DNA of 64,000 bases from an uncultured Candidatus Saccharibacteria bacterium (GCA_964628095.1 CAZVLR010000002.1:12795-76794), one strand, 5' to 3'. Counted from the first letter of the stretch, positions 35,507-43,754 are shown. A program made the numbers and translations. The notes: generated by a model not told the origin, from the sequence alone.

Positions 35507-35547
35507 AAACAAATTCTGTTATATCTATATAAATAGATAAAACTTTG

Positions 35548-35629
35548 GCCGAGGTGGCGAAATTGGCAAACGCGCTGGACTTAGGATCCAGTGGAGCAAT
35601 CTTTGTGGGTTCGAATCCCACCCTCGGCA
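35548..35629 (+). tRNA. tRNA-Leu (anticodon TAG)
   Basis: Acceptor GCCGAGG/CCTCGGC, anticodon stem CTGGA/TCCAG with loop CTTAGGA, long variable arm, T arm GTGGG-TTCGAAT-CCCAC. Confidence 0.9.
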
Positions 35630-35641
35630 CAAAAGATGATA

Positions 35642-35665
35642 AAAACGCCCAGATCGGGCGTTTTA
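35642..35665. terminator. bidirectional terminator (tRNA-Leu / hsp20)
   Basis: AAACGCCC, loop AGATC, GGGCGTTTT. Confidence 0.6.
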
Positions 35666-35669
35666 AAAT

Positions 35670-36251
35670 CTATTTTATTATTAACTTTCTTTTTTTCAAC
35701 CGTTCAATCTTCGGGATTCTGATCATTAATACTCCCTCTTTCATGGTGGCTTCGGCTCTTGCGGCGTCGGTTTCTTCTGGCAGAATGATTTTTTCGGAAA
35801 AAGGCCCCCAGAAGCATTCTTGCTTTACATAGTTTATCTCTTCTTTTTCATTGGGTTTAGTTCTTCTCCCTCGGATTAGTACAATGTCGGATTCAATATT
35901 AATATCTAAATCACTTGGTTTTACTCCGGCAATGGCTGTCATTATTACCACTTCGCCGTCGGTTTGGTAAACGTCCACGGCCAGCTCGCCTTCGGCTTCG
36001 AAAAGAGTTTCTCCGTTTTCTTCAGGTACCTTTACAAAGGCCGGAGGTTCAGTTGTTGTTTCTTTTTCCGATTCTAAATTCTTTGCTCTAATCTTTATTT
36101 TATTAGTAACCTTTTTTCTTGGCGTGGCCTCGGGCTTTTTCGATTCTTCCGTGCTTTTTTCGGAAACTTCTTTTGGTAAGGTTTCTTCTTCGGGCTCAGG
36201 CTCGATTTCTGCACCCATGCCCTTTTTTAATTTTTCGAAAAAGGAAGACAT
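35670..36251 (-). CDS. Hsp20/alpha-crystallin family small heat-shock protein (start at second ATG)
   Basis: Alpha-crystallin core LAVDVYQTDGEVVIMTAIAGVKPSDLDINI...GVLMIRIPK. ATG 36251 lies 4 nt after the upstream gene's stop, whereas the tracked ATG 36314 would overlap it. Confidence 0.85.
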   Translation of the reverse strand: MSSFFEKLKKGMGAEIEPEPEEETLPKEVSEKSTEESKKPEATPRKKVTNKIKIRAKNLESEKETTTEPPAFVKVPEENGETLFEAEGELAVDVYQTDGEVVIMTAIAGVKPSDLDINIESDIVLIRGRRTKPNEKEEINYVKQECFWGPFSEKIILPEETDAARAEATMKEGVLMIRIPKIERLKKRKLIIK

Positions 36252-36255
36252 AAAG

Positions 36256-37005
36256 TTAACAAATTTTACAAACACTAGATAGTTTTTTAAGCCTTTTAAA
36301 GCCCCAGAATACAAAGATGGCCATGCCGATTAAAATCGCGAATATTACCAAAACTTTTAAAAACAAATTTTCTACCATTATTATAGATAAATTATAAAGG
36401 CCATGCAAGGCAATGGCCAGAAAAAACCCAAAGAAAGTGTAAAGGGTTCGCCTTTTTGTTTCTAAAAATCCTAAAGCCAAAAAATATCCGAAAATAGCCG
36501 AAGTTAAAGCGTGTAGAAAGGTGGATGATAAAAACCTGATCGAGCCCAATAATATTAAAACCGCGTTTTCTCCGTATTTTGAAATCATTTCAAGCGGCAA
36601 AAACTGCTCCGGGAAAGAAAGATAAAGCAGGTTTTCCAGGGCGGCAAAGCCCAAACCGGCAATTATCATATAAAACATTATGTCTACGGGCTCGTCCAAT
36701 TCGTGGTGCTTTAAGGCTTTTTTCCTAACTACCAGGTATTTCATTAATTCTTCCGTAAAAGCTACCACCAGGAAGAAGTTTATCAGCAGGATTAATAAAT
36801 GGGGAAAATTTATTAATTTCTTTAATTCCATGCTTGCGCCCAATTCAGTAAACACGGCGGGTAAGGTTGCTAACATTCCCCAGAAAAAAACTTTCAGCAC
36901 CATTTTATTGGATTCGGGGTGGCTGTCTTTTCTCAAAAAAACCAGCAGCCAAATAAAGCTGGGTAAAAGGGCGCAGATTAACCACAATAGATAATTTTTT
37001 ACCAT
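36256..37005 (-). CDS. PrsW-family intramembrane protease
   Basis: Multi-pass membrane protein with FTEELMKY (EExxK) and HALTSAIFG...ALHGLYN (HxxxN) motifs. Confidence 0.75.
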   Translation of the reverse strand: MVKNYLLWLICALLPSFIWLLVFLRKDSHPESNKMVLKVFFWGMLATLPAVFTELGASMELKKLINFPHLLILLINFFLVVAFTEELMKYLVVRKKALKHHELDEPVDIMFYMIIAGLGFAALENLLYLSFPEQFLPLEMISKYGENAVLILLGSIRFLSSTFLHALTSAIFGYFLALGFLETKRRTLYTFFGFFLAIALHGLYNLSIIMVENLFLKVLVIFAILIGMAIFVFWGFKRLKKLSSVCKIC

Positions 37006-37006
37006 A

Positions 37007-39073
37007 TTATTTGGGGAAAGCCTCTATCATTAAGCACTCTTTTTTATTCTTTTGCGGCAGGCTTTGGTAGATTTCTTCGGTTAAAAACGGCATAAAGGGG
37101 TGCAAGAGCTTTAAAGAAGACAACAAAACGTAAAGCAGAACCTTTTTTGTCTCTTCGTTTTTGTCTTGCATTTGCTTTTTTGAGGTTTCAATATAGAGGT
37201 CGCAAAAGTTGTGCCAGAAAAAATGGTAGATTTGGCGTCCGGCCGGGCCGAATTTAAAATTCTCCAAATTCTTATTAGTCGCAATTGTTAACTTTTTCAA
37301 ATCAGCCAGGATTTTCTTATCGGCCTTGGTTAGTTTGTTAAGTTTGAATTTTCCGTTAACCTCCAGTGGTTTGTCTCCCACTTGTAAGAGCGCGAATCTT
37401 GAGGCATTCCAGATTTTATTGCAGAATTTCTTGCCCATTAAAATGTTGTCTTCCACAAACCTAATGTCCTGGCCACCCATTAAATGCCAAATAATGCCAA
37501 AGCGGGTGGCGTCGGCGCCGTATTTTTCCACCAACTGCAAGGGATCAATGCCCGTACCTAAAGATTTTGACATTCGCTTTCCTTCTTTAGTTAAAACCGT
37601 GGGGTGGATGAAAATATCCGAAAAGGGATATTTATTGGTAAACTCCAGGCCCGAAAAAATCATGCGGGCCACCCAAAGGTTAATAATGTCTCGAGCTGTT
37701 GATAAAACCTGAGTGGGGTAAAAATCTTTTAAACCTTTTGTTTTTTCAGGCCAGCCCAAAATGGCAAAGGGCCAGAGAGCAGAAGAAAACCAGGTATCTA
37801 AAACATCGTTTTCCCCTTCCAAGGGGATTTTATGGCCCCACCAGATTTGGCGGGAAATGCACCAATCTTTAATATTGGCCAGCCAGCACAGATAGCCCTT
37901 TTCAAAGTTTTTGGGGCGGATTTTAACGTTTCCCTTCTTTACGGCTTTAATAGCGTATTGGGCCAACTCCTGCATTTTTAAAAACCATTGGTCCGATAAA
38001 ATTAGTTCTACGGTGGTGTTACAGCGATAGCATTTGGGCAGGGAAATTTGGTAATCTTCGGTTTTTTCCAGCAAATTAAGTTTTTGCAAATCTTCCACGA
38101 TCTTTTGCCGGGCCTCTAACGTTTTTAATCCCCGGTAAATTTCCGGTGCCAGATCGGTTATTCGGCTCTTTTCGTTAATAACCTGCAAGCTTTCTAAATT
38201 ATGTTTTTGGCCGATTTGGTAGTCGGTTAAATCGTGGGCAGGGGTTACCTTTACAGCGCCCGTGCCAAAATTTAAATCCACCAGTTCGTCTGAAATTATG
38301 GGGATTTCCCGGTCAGTTAAGGGCAGTATAGCTTTTTTACCCACCAGGTTTTTATATTTTTTATCTTTAGGGTTCACCGCTACAGCCGTATCGCCCAGCA
38401 TTGTTTCGGGGCGGGTAGTGGCCACGATAATATATTTTTCAACCTCGTTTTTTAAAGGATACTTTATATGCCAAAGTTTTCCTGGTTCTTGCAGATACTC
38501 CAGCTCTAAATCCGACAAGCTGGTTTGACATCTGGGGCACCAATTAACCACTCTTTTGCCCCGATAAATCCAGCCCTTTTTATGATAATGCAAAAAAGCC
38601 GTTTCCACCGCCTTTTGGTATTCTTGATCCATAGTAAAGCGCGTGCGTGACCAATCCAGAGAGGAGCCGAGTTTTTTAAATTGTTCTAAAATAATATTCC
38701 CATATTTTTCCTGCCAGACCCAAATTCTTTTGATGAATTCTTCCCGGCCCAAATCAAACCTTGTTTTATTTTCCTTTTTGAGCTGTTTTTCCACCACGTT
38801 TTGGGCGGCAATGCCCGCGTGGTCGGTGCCGGGCAGCCATAAGGCCTTAAAGCCTTGCATTCTTTTCCACCTGATAAGAATATCCTGAACCGTGGCATTT
38901 AAAGCGTGGCCCATGTGAAGTTCGCCGGTAATATTGGGCGGGGGCACGGCAATAGTAAAGGGTTTTTTGTGTGTTTTGGGAAGCTTATCTGGATTAAAAA
39001 AACCCGACTTTAGCCAGAGTTGGTAGATTTTATCTTCCACTTTTTTAGGATCGTAAGCTGTGGGCAATTCCAT
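37007..39073 (-). CDS. valS: valine--tRNA ligase (short form, 688 aa)
   Basis: PPPNITGELHMGHAL (HIGH), editing-domain motif TTRPETMLGDTAVAVNP, RMSKSLGT (KMSKS). The protein ends soon after the anticodon-binding region, with no long C-terminal coiled coil. Confidence 0.9.
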   Translation of the reverse strand: MELPTAYDPKKVEDKIYQLWLKSGFFNPDKLPKTHKKPFTIAVPPPNITGELHMGHALNATVQDILIRWKRMQGFKALWLPGTDHAGIAAQNVVEKQLKKENKTRFDLGREEFIKRIWVWQEKYGNIILEQFKKLGSSLDWSRTRFTMDQEYQKAVETAFLHYHKKGWIYRGKRVVNWCPRCQTSLSDLELEYLQEPGKLWHIKYPLKNEVEKYIIVATTRPETMLGDTAVAVNPKDKKYKNLVGKKAILPLTDREIPIISDELVDLNFGTGAVKVTPAHDLTDYQIGQKHNLESLQVINEKSRITDLAPEIYRGLKTLEARQKIVEDLQKLNLLEKTEDYQISLPKCYRCNTTVELILSDQWFLKMQELAQYAIKAVKKGNVKIRPKNFEKGYLCWLANIKDWCISRQIWWGHKIPLEGENDVLDTWFSSALWPFAILGWPEKTKGLKDFYPTQVLSTARDIINLWVARMIFSGLEFTNKYPFSDIFIHPTVLTKEGKRMSKSLGTGIDPLQLVEKYGADATRFGIIWHLMGGQDIRFVEDNILMGKKFCNKIWNASRFALLQVGDKPLEVNGKFKLNKLTKADKKILADLKKLTIATNKNLENFKFGPAGRQIYHFFWHNFCDLYIETSKKQMQDKNEETKKVLLYVLLSSLKLLHPFMPFLTEEIYQSLPQKNKKECLMIEAFPK

Positions 39074-39081
39074 AATAATTA

Positions 39082-39090
39082 ATTATATCA
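39082..39090 (-). promoter_or_regulatory. extended -10 box abutting the valS start
   Basis: Minus strand reads TTTTTGTGA-TATAAT (TATAAT at 39087-39082), then TAATTATT (8 nt) and ATG 39073. No SD. Confidence 0.45.
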
Positions 39091-39096
39091 CAAAAA

Positions 39097-40125
39097 TTAG
39101 CTTATCTTTAAATTGGCTTGAGCTATAATTTCTTCTAACTTTTGCTTTTTTTTAGTTTTAAAATAGGCGGCCACAGCGATCATGGCAGCGTTATCGGTGC
39201 AGTATTTTTTATCAGGAACCAAAAAAACAAAACCCTCCCTCTCCGTTCTTTTTTTAAGCTGGCGTCTTAATTCTTCATTAGCCGCCACACCGCCCGAAAG
39301 AATTACCGATTTTACTTTATGGTCTTTGGCGGCTTTTAAGGTTTTTTTTAGTAAAACATCAATAATGGCTTGCTGCGCTTCTTTGGCGATTTCTTTTTTT
39401 TGTTCCGAGTTTAATTTTTTATTATTTTCTGTTAGTTCTTGAACCTTGTATAAAACAGCGGTTTTTAAACCTGAAAAGCTGAAATCGTAGTTTTTCTGGC
39501 TTATCATGGGCCGGGGTAGGGAAATGCTCTTTTTACCTTTAAAGCTTTTGGCAAGTTTTGCGATAATCGGGCCGCCCGGGTAGCCTAAGCCTAAAATCCG
39601 GGCTGTTTTATCCAAACATTCGCCCGCCGCATCGTCTCGGGTTTGGCCCAAAACTTTAAAGCTTTGACAGTCTTTCATTAAAATCAGCTGGGTGTGTCCG
39701 CCCGAAACAATCAAACAAAGAGCCGGGAAAACGTTTTTTATTTTACCCTCCAGCCAATTGGCGAAAATATGGGCCATTACGTGGTTTACCGGAATTAAAT
39801 CCAGTTTTAATTTTTTGGCTGTTTCCTTGGCAAAGTTAATGCCGGTCCATAAACAGGGTTCCAAACCTGGGCCCTGGGTGACGGCAATAAAATCAATTTT
39901 TGGATTCTTGGCCTTAGCCAAAGCCTTTTTAAAAACTAAGGGCAGGTTTTTAATATGTTCCCTTTTGGCCAAAAAAGGATAAACTCCGCCGTATTTTTGG
40001 TGTATTTTTACTTGAGAGGAAACGATGTTGGATAAAATTTTAAAACGGGGAGGGTTCTTTTTAATCACCTCTAAAATGGCGCAGCCAGTATCGTCGCACG
40101 AAGTTTCAATAGCGAGAATTTTCAT
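39097..40125 (-). CDS. tsaD: tRNA N6-adenosine threonylcarbamoyltransferase TsaD
   Basis: MKILAIETSCDDTGCAILE N-terminus, the HxxxH metal site (NHVMAHI) and the Kae1/Gcp fold length. Confidence 0.9.
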   Translation of the reverse strand: MKILAIETSCDDTGCAILEVIKKNPPRFKILSNIVSSQVKIHQKYGGVYPFLAKREHIKNLPLVFKKALAKAKNPKIDFIAVTQGPGLEPCLWTGINFAKETAKKLKLDLIPVNHVMAHIFANWLEGKIKNVFPALCLIVSGGHTQLILMKDCQSFKVLGQTRDDAAGECLDKTARILGLGYPGGPIIAKLAKSFKGKKSISLPRPMISQKNYDFSFSGLKTAVLYKVQELTENNKKLNSEQKKEIAKEAQQAIIDVLLKKTLKAAKDHKVKSVILSGGVAANEELRRQLKKRTEREGFVFLVPDKKYCTDNAAMIAVAAYFKTKKKQKLEEIIAQANLKIS

Positions 40126-40132
40126 ATTTTTG

Positions 40133-40141
40133 ATTATAGCA
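40133..40141 (-). promoter_or_regulatory. extended -10 box abutting the tsaD start
   Basis: Minus strand reads TGC-TATAAT (TATAAT at 40138-40133), then CAAAAAT (7 nt) and ATG 40125. No SD. Confidence 0.45.
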
Positions 40142-40227
40142 CGAGATTTAGCTTTACTTTAACCTTTTATCTTGATAAAGTAATATAATAAATTAACAGC
40201 AAATTTACAACTAAAGGGGGTGAGCTT

Positions 40228-40416
40228 ATGGCTGCCAGATTAGCAATTTTATGTGAAGATTGCAAAGTTATTCATTTATTGAGCGCCAGTGATTCCGCAC
40301 CCGAATATTGTTATAATGCCGAAAAAGATGATTGCATTGCCACACCCAAAGACGATTTGCAGGATTTCCTTTTAAAACACCAGCGCCACCACACCACAGA
40401 AGTTCCTATTGAATAG
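40228..40416 (+). CDS. hypothetical small Cys-containing protein (62 aa)
   Basis: SD-led (AAAGGGGGTGAGCTT-ATG). Sequence CEDC...C....C plus an HQRHH cluster. Followed by a hairpin terminator. Confidence 0.5.
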   Translation: MAARLAILCEDCKVIHLLSASDSAPEYCYNAEKDDCIATPKDDLQDFLLKHQRHHTTEVPIE

Positions 40417-40434
40417 GAAAAAGAGCAACAAAAT

Positions 40435-40463
40435 AAAAAGGGGTAACAAACCACCCCTTTTTT
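40435..40463 (+). terminator. terminator after the 62-aa gene
   Basis: AAAAAGGGGT, loop AACAAACC, ACCCCTTTTTT. Confidence 0.6.
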
Positions 40464-40505
40464 GATTGACTAAAAGATATTTTTTAATTAGAATATTTAC
40501 AACAC

Positions 40506-40580
40506 GGCCCATTCGTCTATCGGCTAGGACATGGCCCTTTCAAGGCTAAAAGACGGGTTCGACTCCCGTATGGGCCGCCA
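40506..40580 (+). tRNA. tRNA-Glu (anticodon TTC)
   Basis: Acceptor GGCCCAT/ATGGGCC, D arm GTCT-ATCGGCTA-GGAC, anticodon loop CTTTCAA, T arm ACGGG-TTCGACT-CCCGT. CCA encoded. Confidence 0.9.
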
Positions 40581-40635
40581 TTAATAATCTCAAACCAAGC
40601 CTCTTTTAATATATTTAAGGAGATTTTTGGCTATA

Positions 40636-40664
40636 TTGACAAAATTAGATAAAGGGTGTATAAT
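40636..40664 (+). promoter_or_regulatory. consensus sigma70 promoter of the secreted small-protein gene
   Basis: TTGACA (40636-40641), exactly 17 nt, TATAAT (40659-40664). A roughly 60-nt leader ends in the SD GAAAGGAGGAAG. Confidence 0.65.
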
Positions 40665-40730
40665 ACTAATATAGAACATAATATCATAATAATGATTGTT
40701 AAACCCATTCCTTGAAAGGAGGAAGAGAGC

Positions 40731-41078
40731 ATGAAAAGCACAATCATTTTAGTGGCTATGGTGGCAATTATCGCGATTGCAAGCGCTACTCAGGCGCAGG
40801 TGATGGTTGGTTGGCCCAATCCATCTGGTTATGGCCAATACTATGGTTATTACCAGCCATCACATCAGTCGTATACCTACCGGTATATCGATGACGGTGC
40901 AAGACACTGGGCGCGCTCTTATGAACGTGCATCTATAGTGGAAGCGGTTTCTGCAGCTGTTGTGGGGCTTGCTGGGATAGCTAAAATGCCATCTCAACAG
41001 CAGTATCAGCAGCAGCAATACCGGCCTCGCGTTCAATGCCCGCGTACATCAAACTGTGTTAGTTGCCATGGTCGTTAA
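40731..41078 (+). CDS. hypothetical secreted Tyr/Gln/Gly-rich small protein with Cys-rich tail
   Basis: Signal peptide MKSTIILVAMVAIIAIASATQA/Q. Mature part contains GYGQYYGYYQPSHQSYTYRY, a hydrophobic helix, QQQYQQQQY, and ends in QCPRTSNCVSCHGR. Strong SD and consensus promoter. Confidence 0.6.
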   Translation: MKSTIILVAMVAIIAIASATQAQVMVGWPNPSGYGQYYGYYQPSHQSYTYRYIDDGARHWARSYERASIVEAVSAAVVGLAGIAKMPSQQQYQQQQYRPRVQCPRTSNCVSCHGR

Positions 41079-41182
41079 CCCCTTTCCCTGGCGTCTTTTT
41101 TCGGGTTACCCCCATTCTGTCGATAATGGCAGAAAAAAAGAAGCTAACTTCTTTTCCTGTTAAAAGGCGCCAGGCCATTTTC

Positions 41183-41221
41183 AAAAAAAAGGACGATTCC
41201 TTAATATATCGTCCTTTTTTA
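41183..41221 (+). terminator. rho-independent terminator upstream of the recO promoter
   Basis: AAGGACGAT (41189-41197) pairs with ATCGTCCTT (41208-41216), followed by TTTT. Confidence 0.6.
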
Positions 41222-41226
41222 TTTGG

Positions 41227-41255
41227 TTGAAATAAGCATTTTTTTAATATATAAT
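41227..41255 (+). promoter_or_regulatory. sigma70-like promoter abutting the recO start (leaderless layout)
   Basis: TTGAAA (41227-41232), 17 nt, TATAAT (41250-41255), then TTGCCCT (7 nt) and ATG 41263. No SD. Confidence 0.6.
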
Positions 41256-41262
41256 TTGCCCT

Positions 41263-42024
41263 ATGGCAATTCATTATCGTACTCAGGCCATTTTTTTAAA
41301 AAAGATAGATTTGGGCGAGGCTGATCAGCTGTTTGTTATTTTTACAAAAAAATATGGAAAGTTGGAGGTTTTGGGTCGAGCCATCAGAAAGATAAAATCT
41401 AAACTAAAATCGGGCGCGGAGATTTTTTACCTTTCAGAGGTAGAATTTATTCAGGGGAAAACATATAAAACCCTGACCGATGCGATTGCAATCGAAAAAT
41501 ATTTAAATATTAGAAGAAATTTATCAAGATTGAATTTGGTAAAAAAGATAGCCGAATGTGTTGACCGTTTGGTTTTTGGCCAGGAAGCGGATTTGAAAAT
41601 TTGGAATCTACTTTTGGAAACAATTTTTCGCCAAAACAGCGAGAAGGAAAAAAAGGATCAGATTCTAAACTATTACTATTTTTTCTGGAGCTTGTTGGCT
41701 TTTTTGGGCTATCGGCCCGAGCTTTACAATTGTGCCTTGTGTCAGCAAAAACTATCTTTGGAACCCCTGGTTTTTTCACCAAAAGACGGCGGGGTTATTT
41801 GCGCTTTGTGCCAAAAATCTATAAAATTAATAAAAGTGGATCAAAAGCAAAACTTTGAAACAAGCCCCGAAACCGTAAAGATTTTGAGGTTTATTTTATC
41901 AAAGCCCTGGCCAACCATTAAGAAATTAAAAATCGACAAAGAAGAATTTTCTGCCCTGAGGGAGATTACAGGCAGTTATTACCGCTATGTGTTAGAACAG
42001 ATTTCTTTTGGGAAAGAAAATTAA
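41263..42024 (+). CDS. recO: DNA repair protein RecO
   Basis: N-terminal OB fold (RTQAIFLKKIDLGEADQLFVIFTKKYGKLEVLGRAIRK) and a zinc finger CALCQQ...CALCQ. Confidence 0.9.
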   Translation: MAIHYRTQAIFLKKIDLGEADQLFVIFTKKYGKLEVLGRAIRKIKSKLKSGAEIFYLSEVEFIQGKTYKTLTDAIAIEKYLNIRRNLSRLNLVKKIAECVDRLVFGQEADLKIWNLLLETIFRQNSEKEKKDQILNYYYFFWSLLAFLGYRPELYNCALCQQKLSLEPLVFSPKDGGVICALCQKSIKLIKVDQKQNFETSPETVKILRFILSKPWPTIKKLKIDKEEFSALREITGSYYRYVLEQISFGKEN

Positions 42025-42036
42025 CTTTGAAAAACA

Positions 42037-43695
42037 ATGAGAAAAATAATTATTTTAGTTTTAATATTGGGAGTCTTAATTAGTTTAGGTGCTTATTATT
42101 ATAAAACGAATGTTTACTCTCGGGGCAGTTTAAAGTTAGAAATTCTGGCGTCTTCGGAAATCGACGCCTTTAACAATGTAGAGTACATTGTAAAGTATAA
42201 AAACAATGGAAATGTGGTACTGGAAGAACCGGAATTGTCTTTCCAATATCCGGAAAACTCTTTCCCCGAAAACGATCAGCCCCAAAGAGTAATAAAAAAA
42301 CTAGAGGACATTTATCCGGGCGAGGAAAAAACCGTTTCTTTTAACGGCCGGGTTTTTGGCAAAGAAGGAGAAACGCCTAAAGCCTTGGCCAGTATTAGAT
42401 ACAAACCTCGGAATTTAAAAGCTTTTTATGAGTCTAATACTGAATTCGTTGCTCGGATTAAATTCGTTCCGATTACCTTTGAGCTTGATTTACCTTCAAG
42501 AATTGAAGCGGGCAAGGAAGTGGATTTTTCGCTTAATTACTTTTCTAACGCCGACTTTCCTGTTTCTGGTTTGAGGGCGAAAATTGAATATCCGCTTTCC
42601 GGCTTTGAATTTGTAAAAAGTAATCCTCAAGCCCTGGATAAAACCGAATGGGATCTGCCGCTTTTAAATAAGGCCGAGGGGGGTCGAATCCAGATCAGCG
42701 GGAAAATATCGGGCGAGCTAAACGAGCAAAAGAATTTTAAAGCCACCCTGGGCGTTTGGAAGGATGGCAAGTTCATTCTTTTAAAGGAAGTAACCAAGGG
42801 CGTGCAGATTTTAGCTTCTACCATTTCTTTATTACAAATGATTAACGGTAGCCAGGATTTTATTGCCAGCCCGGGCGATATGCTACATTACGAAATATTT
42901 TTCAGAAACACCGGCGAAGAATCTTTCCAAAACCTGTTTTTAGTGGCGCGGCTAGAGGGCAAGGCTTTTGATTTTAATACTATAAAAACTACCGATGGCC
43001 AGTTTAACAAGGGAGACAATTCCATTATTTGGGATTATCAGCGCGTGTCCAAACTTGGTTTTTTGGGCCAGGGTGAAGAAGGCAAGGTGGAGTTTTGGGT
43101 GAATTTAAAAGATAAATGGGACGTAGCGAGCAATCAAGAAAAAAACGTTGTTTTAAAAGATAACTTGATTCTTTTTCAATCGCGGGATGATTTTGAAAAC
43201 AAGGTTAATTCCAAACTGGAAATCGTTCAAAAAGGATTTTTCCAAGATAATAATATTTTTGGCAATAATGGCCCTGTCCCGCCCAGGATGAATTCCATTA
43301 CCACCTACACCATTACCTGGGAGGCCAAAAACTATTTTAACGATGTTCGGGATGTGAAGGTAAGGGCAGTTTTGCCCCAATGGGTAAGTTTAACGGGTAA
43401 GATTTTGCCGCAAGACGCCAGATTAACTTTTGATTCCCAATCGCGCGAGCTCTTGTGGCAGGTAGGCGATCTGGCCGCCACCCAAGGAGTTTTGAACCCA
43501 GGCCCTACGGTTTCTTTCCAGGTATCTTTTTCGCCTGAGCTTTCCCAGTGGGGACAGGCCTCCTTTATCATTAATCAGGCAACAATTTCTGGCGAGGACG
43601 CCTGGACTGGCAGTATTTTACAATCCAGCACCCAAGCCATTAATACCACTTTGCCCGACGACCCCACAATTAACGGTGCGGGCACGGTTCAATAA
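42037..43695 (+). CDS. hypothetical membrane-anchored surface protein with repeated beta-sandwich-like modules
   Basis: N-terminal TM anchor followed by about four roughly 110-aa segments with a recurring pattern (..Y.I.Y.N.G......L...). DUF11/CARDB-like by eye only. Confidence 0.6.
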   Translation: MRKIIILVLILGVLISLGAYYYKTNVYSRGSLKLEILASSEIDAFNNVEYIVKYKNNGNVVLEEPELSFQYPENSFPENDQPQRVIKKLEDIYPGEEKTVSFNGRVFGKEGETPKALASIRYKPRNLKAFYESNTEFVARIKFVPITFELDLPSRIEAGKEVDFSLNYFSNADFPVSGLRAKIEYPLSGFEFVKSNPQALDKTEWDLPLLNKAEGGRIQISGKISGELNEQKNFKATLGVWKDGKFILLKEVTKGVQILASTISLLQMINGSQDFIASPGDMLHYEIFFRNTGEESFQNLFLVARLEGKAFDFNTIKTTDGQFNKGDNSIIWDYQRVSKLGFLGQGEEGKVEFWVNLKDKWDVASNQEKNVVLKDNLILFQSRDDFENKVNSKLEIVQKGFFQDNNIFGNNGPVPPRMNSITTYTITWEAKNYFNDVRDVKVRAVLPQWVSLTGKILPQDARLTFDSQSRELLWQVGDLAATQGVLNPGPTVSFQVSFSPELSQWGQASFIINQATISGEDAWTGSILQSSTQAINTTLPDDPTINGAGTVQ

Positions 43696-43710
43696 TTAAA
43701 AGAAACTTTT

Positions 43711-43738
43711 ATCCCCGTTGAAGAAACGGGGATTTTTT
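43711..43738 (+). terminator. terminator after the surface-protein gene
   Basis: ATCCCCGTT (43711-43719) pairs with AACGGGGAT (43725-43733), followed by TTTTT. Confidence 0.65.
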
Positions 43739-43754
43739 GTTAAGATTAATAAAT

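Noticed and set aside
35545-35832. 95-aa plus-strand ORF
   Set aside because: It starts inside tRNA-Leu(UAG), crosses a terminator and runs antisense into hsp20.
41055-41069. CVSCH (CxxCH) c-type heme-binding motif at the C-terminus of the secreted mini-protein
   Set aside because: The motif sits 2 residues from the C-terminus with no surrounding cytochrome fold or distal ligand. No cytochrome maturation genes are nearby. It is most likely a coincidence within a Cys-rich tail.
43737-43754. TTG start for glyQS
   Set aside because: It lies within the T-run of the upstream terminator hairpin. ATG 43755 gives the expected GlyRS N-terminus.
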